NCBI RefSeq assembly: GCF_000142905.1
Contig: NW_013657631.1
Location: 213,846-249,387, forward strand
Direction: 5' to 3'
Source of the DNA: Thecamonas trahens ATCC 50062
Taxonomy: Eukaryota; Protista; Apusomonadida
DNA: 35,542 nucleotides
In this document: in pieces, positions 30,064-35,542 of the stretch
Numbering within the stretch: the stretch's first letter is position 1
How the letters are laid out: each line of letters starts with the position of its first letter
Notes under the pieces: model-generated
The model's database searches: none
The model's input: only the letters and a program-made list of their open reading frames with translations
Told to the model about the DNA's origin: nothing
Translations under genes and position numbers: made by a program

Positions 30064-32292
30064 ATGCAGCCGTCACAGGCCGAGACGGGCACCGAGCTGG
30101 CTTGCAGGCGACACCTCACTCCCCTCCCCCCCCCCCCCCCCCCCCCTACGGTCATGCAGGTCTTCCCGACCAAGCAGCGGATAAAGGTGGCCATTCTGGC
30201 TGTGGTCATTGCAGTTGTCTTCACCATGGGCGGACTGGTCCAGCTCGTGGAGGAGAGCGGTCACGGGAGTAGTGGTGTCCATGCCGCACAAGGTGGTCAT
30301 GCTGGTCGTGTGACTGGTGGCCGTGCTCTGATGGGCTGGCTGGGAGGCTCTGTTGGGTCGGGCACTTCAGAGCGTTGGGAAAATTCGCCATCGGGCGCAG
30401 GTGCGGCTGCTGGTGCTGCTATGGCAGGCGGTGGTGACTTGGCACCGGGTTCATCACCGCCGCCGCCGCCATCACCGCCTCCGGAGACCTGCGAGCACAT
30501 CACGCGGCACGAAGACGAGTGTGGGTATGTGCACAACGCGTGCGATCCGGGCGATGGGTACATCGACTACCTCTCGGTCTACTTTTGCGACTTTGGTCAC
30601 TTGCGGCCGCTGGCGATTGCGCTCTTCCTCGGATGGCTGCTGTTCCTCTTCATCTTTCTCGGCGTCTCGGCCGACGACTACCTCTGTCCTGCGCTCAAGG
30701 TGGTGTCTGACGCCATGCGGCTTTCGGACAACGTGGCCGGCGTCACGCTCCTTGCGCTTGCCAACGGCGCGCCGGACATCTCGTCAGCGTATGTTGCGCT
30801 GCAGCGCGAGTCGACGGCAAACATTGCGTTTGGTGCGCTCTCGGGCGCTGGCCTGTTTGTCACGACGGTGGTGATGGCTGCGGTGGCGTTTGCCGGCACA
30901 TTCTCGGTCACCCGGCGGCCGTTTCTCCGCGACATTGTGACGTATCTGGTGGCTGCGGCGTGGTTCTTTGCCATGCTTGCCAATGGCAAGGTCCACCTTT
31001 GGGAGTCGATCGGCTTTGTGGCGCTGTATGGAGTGTACGTGGTAGTGGTTGTTCTCGGCCGCATGGTGTACGTCATGCACAAGCGGTCCCGCAAGACGGT
31101 GCTCAGCTCGCTGCTGGTGGTGCCGACGGCGGCGGCGCTCGGTGCGTCGCTGCAGCAGCCGCTGGTGGAGGCGACGGCCGAGGCCGGCGACTCGGCGACC
31201 AAGTCGCGAATGCTCCACGACGAGGCCGAGCGCATCGCGGCGGGTACCCAGCGGCCGCGCGACGTCAAGGCCCTTATGTCGTCCCACAATCCGCACTCGG
31301 TCCGGTACGCGGCGCAGCTGGCCGAGGCCGGCCATCATCCTGTTGCTCCCGCGCCAAGCAAGACCAAAGCTGCCGCTGCCCAGAGTAGCGATCCGTCGGC
31401 GTCGCTGCTCGTCGAGACGTTCATCAATGCCGGCGGGAGCGACGACGACGACGAAGTGGAGGAGGGGGTGTGGATGGCGAAGAGTGGGTCGCGGTCGATG
31501 CTCGGCTCACTGATCGAGGCGTGGCGCGAGGCCGGATGGCTCGGGCGGCTGGTCTCGCTCGGCTCGCTGACGGCGCACCTGCTGCTGCGGCTGACGGTGC
31601 CGATGGTGGACGACGGCGAGTGGTCGTTCTGGGGCTGCGTGGTGACGCCGACGACTGCGCTTGTGCTCGCGGTGGTGGCGTTTGGCGGGTTGCCTGCGAT
31701 GCAGGCGACCGTCGGCCCAGTCCCGCTCCTTGTCGTTGTCGGTTGCGGCGGGCTGGTGTGTTCGGCAGTTGTGTTCTGGGCACAGCGGCGGCATTGCGGC
31801 GAGCCGGTTGCACGACCGTTCTTTGCCTTTCTTGCCTTTGTGGCGGCTGTCTCGTGGATCTCGATCATTGCCAACGAGCTTGTGGACTTGCTTGCAGCGT
31901 TTGGCACCATTGTCGGCATCTCTGACGCGATGCTCGGCATCTCGGTCCTGGCGTGGGGCAACTCGCTCGGCGACCTGGTTGCCGACTACGCGGTGGCCAA
32001 GGGCGGAATGGGCCAGATGGCGGTCGGCGCCATTCTCGCCTCGCCGCTTCTCAATCTGCTCATCGGTGTTGGCTTTTCTCTCACGGTCACCATCACCCGG
32101 ACGGGCGAGCCGTTCCACGTCTCGCTCAACGGGTCTGTGGCAACGGCGGTCATCGGGCTCATGGTCTCGCTCGCCTCGTCGGCACTATTTATCCCGCTCA
32201 ACCGATTCACGGTTGTCCCCAAGTACGGCTTCTACCTAGTGGCGGTCTACGTCGCCGCCTTTACGGGCGCGGTGGTGTTTGAGTTTGAGTGA
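30064..32292 (+). CDS. Cation/Ca2+ exchanger of the CCX/NCLX (SLC8B1-like) family
   Basis: GYIDYLSVYFC, ADDYLCP, alpha-1 repeat VAGVTLLALANGAPDISS, RPFLRDIVTYL, and alpha-2 repeat LGISVLAWGNSLGDLVAD. The 5' end is uncertain (ATG 30064 or 30154, or an acceptor at 30159). Confidence 0.92.
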   Translation: MQPSQAETGTELACRRHLTPLPPPPPPPTVMQVFPTKQRIKVAILAVVIAVVFTMGGLVQLVEESGHGSSGVHAAQGGHAGRVTGGRALMGWLGGSVGSGTSERWENSPSGAGAAAGAAMAGGGDLAPGSSPPPPPSPPPETCEHITRHEDECGYVHNACDPGDGYIDYLSVYFCDFGHLRPLAIALFLGWLLFLFIFLGVSADDYLCPALKVVSDAMRLSDNVAGVTLLALANGAPDISSAYVALQRESTANIAFGALSGAGLFVTTVVMAAVAFAGTFSVTRRPFLRDIVTYLVAAAWFFAMLANGKVHLWESIGFVALYGVYVVVVVLGRMVYVMHKRSRKTVLSSLLVVPTAAALGASLQQPLVEATAEAGDSATKSRMLHDEAERIAAGTQRPRDVKALMSSHNPHSVRYAAQLAEAGHHPVAPAPSKTKAAAAQSSDPSASLLVETFINAGGSDDDDEVEEGVWMAKSGSRSMLGSLIEAWREAGWLGRLVSLGSLTAHLLLRLTVPMVDDGEWSFWGCVVTPTTALVLAVVAFGGLPAMQATVGPVPLLVVVGCGGLVCSAVVFWAQRRHCGEPVARPFFAFLAFVAAVSWISIIANELVDLLAAFGTIVGISDAMLGISVLAWGNSLGDLVADYAVAKGGMGQMAVGAILASPLLNLLIGVGFSLTVTITRTGEPFHVSLNGSVATAVIGLMVSLASSALFIPLNRFTVVPKYGFYLVAVYVAAFTGAVVFEFE

Positions 32293-32359
32293 GCGGCCGT
32301 ACTGGCTAGCCTAGCAAGCTGGCTGGCAAGCAAGCTGTGCATCGATGTCGTTGCTGGCT

Positions 32360-35248
32360 TTACCACTTGGCGGCGAGGTCCTTGCGCTCGACAAGCGACT
32401 TGAGGACAAACATGCCGAGCGGGAGGGCGACCATGGTAAGCATGAGGCCGCCGTACTGGAAGGCGTCGCCGAGGAGGTCAAACTCGCCGGAAGGGGCGAC
32501 GCGGGTAAAGAAGACGTCGGGCGAGCCGTAGGCGAGAACGAGCGAGTGCGACTCGAGCTCGCAGGGCGCGGCGACGATGGTGGTGATGCCCTCGACCTGG
32601 CGTGCGTGCGAGAGGAGCTGGGTGAGGCCGAGCGGAAGGCTGTACTCGTAGGCGACGGTGCCCGGCGCGGGCTGGGCCGGCGGGGCGAGGCGGCGGCCGT
32701 CGAGGAGGCGGCGCGAGAGGGCGTAGACGCCGCGATGCGGGGCGTAGAGGAGGACGTCCTTGCCGGTGATGCCGAGGGCGGTGGCCGAGGCACCCATAGC
32801 CACAAACGGCGTGGGCGAGAGGAAAGCCGCCGAGGCGAGCGCCGGCGGCGGGAGCGCGACCGGCTCGAGCGTGGCGTTGTACGACGAGTGGTCGACGTAC
32901 TCGGGCTCGAACATGTCGGTCACGCCGAGCTCGAAGCGGGCGTCGCGGGTGTTGTAATACGAGTAGACGAGGGCGTTGTCGACGATGGCGAGGGCGGTCG
33001 GCGGCGCGGCGTAGGCGATACGGACGTCGACGACGGTCGAGCCCGACACGCCGTCGACGGCAACGATGCGGAGGGTGCTGGTTGCCGGCGAGGCGACGGC
33101 AAAGGCGACCAGGTGCGGGTTGAGGTACCGGTAGAGGACGGTCTCGTCCGGGAGGACGACGGCCGGCGAGGCGACGGCACCACCGGCGAGGCCGGTGGCG
33201 ACAGCGGCGACCGAGGCGCCTTGCGGAACAGCGACCGCCCAGGTCTTGACGAGCTCACCCGAGGCCTTGTCGTAGCCGAGGCCGACCACGGCGTCGGCGG
33301 TGATCTTGTGCATGTAGACGTGGTCGGCGAGCGAGGCGGCGAGGCCCGGGACGGCGAGCTCAGCGAGCGACGGTGCGGCGGCGACGAGGTGCGGCGCGCC
33401 TGCGGCGTCGATGACTAGGACGACGCCGTCAAGCGGGCGGCCGAGGGCGGCAGCGAGGGCGGGGGAGGCGGGCGTGCCTGCCGCGTCGACAACGGTGGTG
33501 GCAGCAAAGGGCAGGTCGACGGCGGCGACAATGGCGCCGGTGGCGGCGACGAGCCGGACGGCACGCGACGATTGGGTCGACGCCGAGCTGGCGACAACGA
33601 GGACGTCAAGCGGCGCGCCCGGGACCGGGAGGACAGCGATCGCGTCGGCGTTGGCAAAAACGCTGTCCAGCGCGGGATGGGCGAGGCCGTGGTGACACCG
33701 GCGACAAGGCCGGAGCTCGACGCGAGGACAATGGCCTTGTTGAAGCCAAACAGGTCGGCAGCGAGGGTGCCGTCGGACGAGGTGGGCGGGAGCGCCGTCG
33801 GATCGCGGCCAAAGACGGCGCCGATGGCATCGACGGCCTGCTCGGCGGCGTGAACAAGACCCGGGACGACGCGGGCGGCCTGGTACGAGAGGCGGGCGAG
33901 AGCTTGCGAGACAAGAGGCAGCGGGCCGGGCGAAGCTCCGCCGCCGATGCCCAGCGCCGAGTGGAGCTCGGCCTCTTCGTCGGCCGAGCCGGCGGGCGCC
34001 GGGAGCTCGCAAAAGGCCGAATCGACGACAGAGGCGAGGCCCTCGTGGCGGAGCCAGGCGAGCGTCGGCGGCTTGGCGGAGTTGAGCGAAGCCTTGACGA
34101 TGGCGACGGTGCCGCCGGTTGTCGTCACCATCAGCCGCAGCGAGACACTGCCTGACTTGGTGGCGTACACGAGCGGCGAGACAAAGCGCGGCAGGCCGGC
34201 TGCCGACGCGGCCAGCTGCGGCGCGTCGAGGGCAAAGTTGGCGAGCGGCAGGCCGTGGGTGTCGTAGACGGCGAGGGTGAGCGCGCCCGATACCGGGTCC
34301 GAGCTTGCGGCGGCGACGTAGACGGTGCCGTCCTTGGCGAGGCCGACCCCGGCTGCCGCCGTGTTGCCCGGTAGGGCGGTGGCGTCCTTGGCGGCGACCA
34401 CAAGCGCAGCACCCGCGCTATCGACCACCGCAAACAGACCGTGGCGCAGCGAGGCCTTGGCCACCGGCGACGGCGAGACAGTGGCAGGAAGGGCGAGCGG
34501 GGCATCGAGCGCGATGCTCCGCGCTGCGCACGAGCTCGCCTTGCCCGAGGAGCACGAGAGCGCGGCGAGGGTGCCGTCGCCGCCGACAGCGAGCACGTCG
34601 CCCGAGCCCGAGACGTGGAGACTCTCGACAGGAGCGACAGAGCCAGCAAGTGGACGAAGCGTGGTAGAGCCGGCCGGCATGCTCGTACCCGCGCCAAGAG
34701 CAAAGCTGGCACCAGCGAGGCCGCCATCAGCAGAGGCGGCAAAGACAGCGCAGGCGGAAGCGTCGGCAGCGCAGGCGAGAACCACCTTGCTGAGCGGATC
34801 GAGACCGAGGACATCACGGCGGGCGAGGACCTTGCCCTTGACGGCGTCGACCATGACCAGCTCTGAGGGAGTGAGAATGGCGATGGTGTTGACGCCTACC
34901 GAGGCAGCAGCCACGACAGCCGAGTCGGCGGCGAGTGGGAGGTGGGCCGGGAAGGCAAAGCGAGTGCGACCCGATGAGCCATCCAGGACGATGAGGCGGG
35001 CGAGGTGACGGGCGATGACAGGGACGTATGTGCCGATAGAGGGGACGACCGAGTAGGCGGAGAGGTCGGTGGCGAGCGGAGGAGCGGACGAGGGGGCAGC
35101 CGAAGGGAGGACGACCCGCCAGAGCGACTCGCCTGTCCGGGTGGAGACAGCAGCCACAACACCGTTGTCAGAGACTGTGAACACCCGCTTGGCATAGCCT
35201 GGGTGCTGGGAGACTGGACCGGAGGGGGTGCCGATGTTGGCGAGGTGC
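32360..35248 (-). CDS. EMC1: ER membrane protein complex subunit 1 (5' exon outside the window); one -1 frame change at 33656-33660
   Basis: (W)HLANIG...VFTVSDNGVVAAVSTRTGESLWRVVL, WLRHEGLA, DLFGFNKAIV, VLYRYLNPHL, TALGITGKDVL, LESHSLVLAYG, FFTRVAPSGEFDLL, then a C-terminal TM and LAAKW*. Acceptor CCCAG at 35253-35249 gives TG|G CAC in frame. Confidence 0.93.
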
Positions 35249-35452
35249 CTGGGTGGGAGGGTGGGTGGGTGGGGGGGTGGGGGTGGGGGGGGGGGTGGGG
35301 AGGGAGTGAGGGTGGGATGCAGGGAGGGGAGGGGAGGGGAGGGGAGGGGAGGGGGAGGGGGGGATGCGTGTGTGCATGGGTGGGATTGTGCTGGGCTTGT
35401 ATGTGTATGTGTATGTGTTGTATGTGTATGTGTGTGTGTGTGTGTATGTGTA

Positions 35453-35521
<69 letters not shown>

Positions 35522-35542
35522 TGGTGGGACGGGGACGGGACG
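35249..35542 (-). repeat. Low-complexity intron of EMC1: (CA)n microsatellite plus C-rich tracts on the sense strand
   Basis: (GT)n/(GTAT)n at ~35398-35522 and GGGA/GGGT tracts at 35251-35363 on the + strand, directly upstream of the EMC1 acceptor. Confidence 0.8.

Noticed and set aside
33650-33665. Canonical viral-type -1 slippery heptamer in EMC1
   Set aside because: G TTT TTG does not fit X XXY YYZ, and the other seven sites share no such motif.
3199-35248. Functional cluster of endomembrane genes (RABL3, reticulon, Sar1, EMC1)
   Set aside because: They are interspersed with unrelated genes on both strands. Such genes are common, so chance is sufficient.
82-35248. Pseudogene status for the frame-disrupted genes
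   Set aside because: Each has one lesion, intact motifs and normal codon bias on both sides, and several are conserved housekeeping genes.
1-35542. Mobile elements, tRNA or rRNA genes
   Set aside because: No transposase, reverse transcriptase or integrase motifs, terminal repeats, cloverleaf or rRNA-like sequence were recognised by eye.

Overview
GC-rich, gene-dense, intron-poor eukaryotic nuclear DNA from a flagellated protist. It resembles an apusomonad such as Thecamonas, but that is inference only. There is one 100-N gap (29706-29805). About 16 protein genes lie mostly on alternating strands: membrane-anchored M1 aminopeptidase, RABL3, MFS transporter, reticulon, ankyrin-like+FN3 protein, M16C metalloprotease, unknown multi-pass membrane protein, EF-hand-like protein, bacterial-type GT4 glycosyltransferase, divergent Sar1, FAM98, Tctex1-domain dynein light chain, long coiled-coil protein, secreted beta-rich protein, CCX/NCLX exchanger and EMC1 (5' end outside the window). 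The main unexplained pattern is that eight genes are each broken by one -1 frame change, with no +1 case. Assembly under-calling is the most likely cause, but recoding or insertional editing cannot be excluded without reads. Other notable points: convergent genes whose stop codons are only 4-115 nt apart, a candidate 12-nt micro-exon, minisatellites between divergent genes, and a 15-nt motif shared upstream of two unrelated genes. No CRISPR array, rRNA, tRNA or transposase is recognisable.
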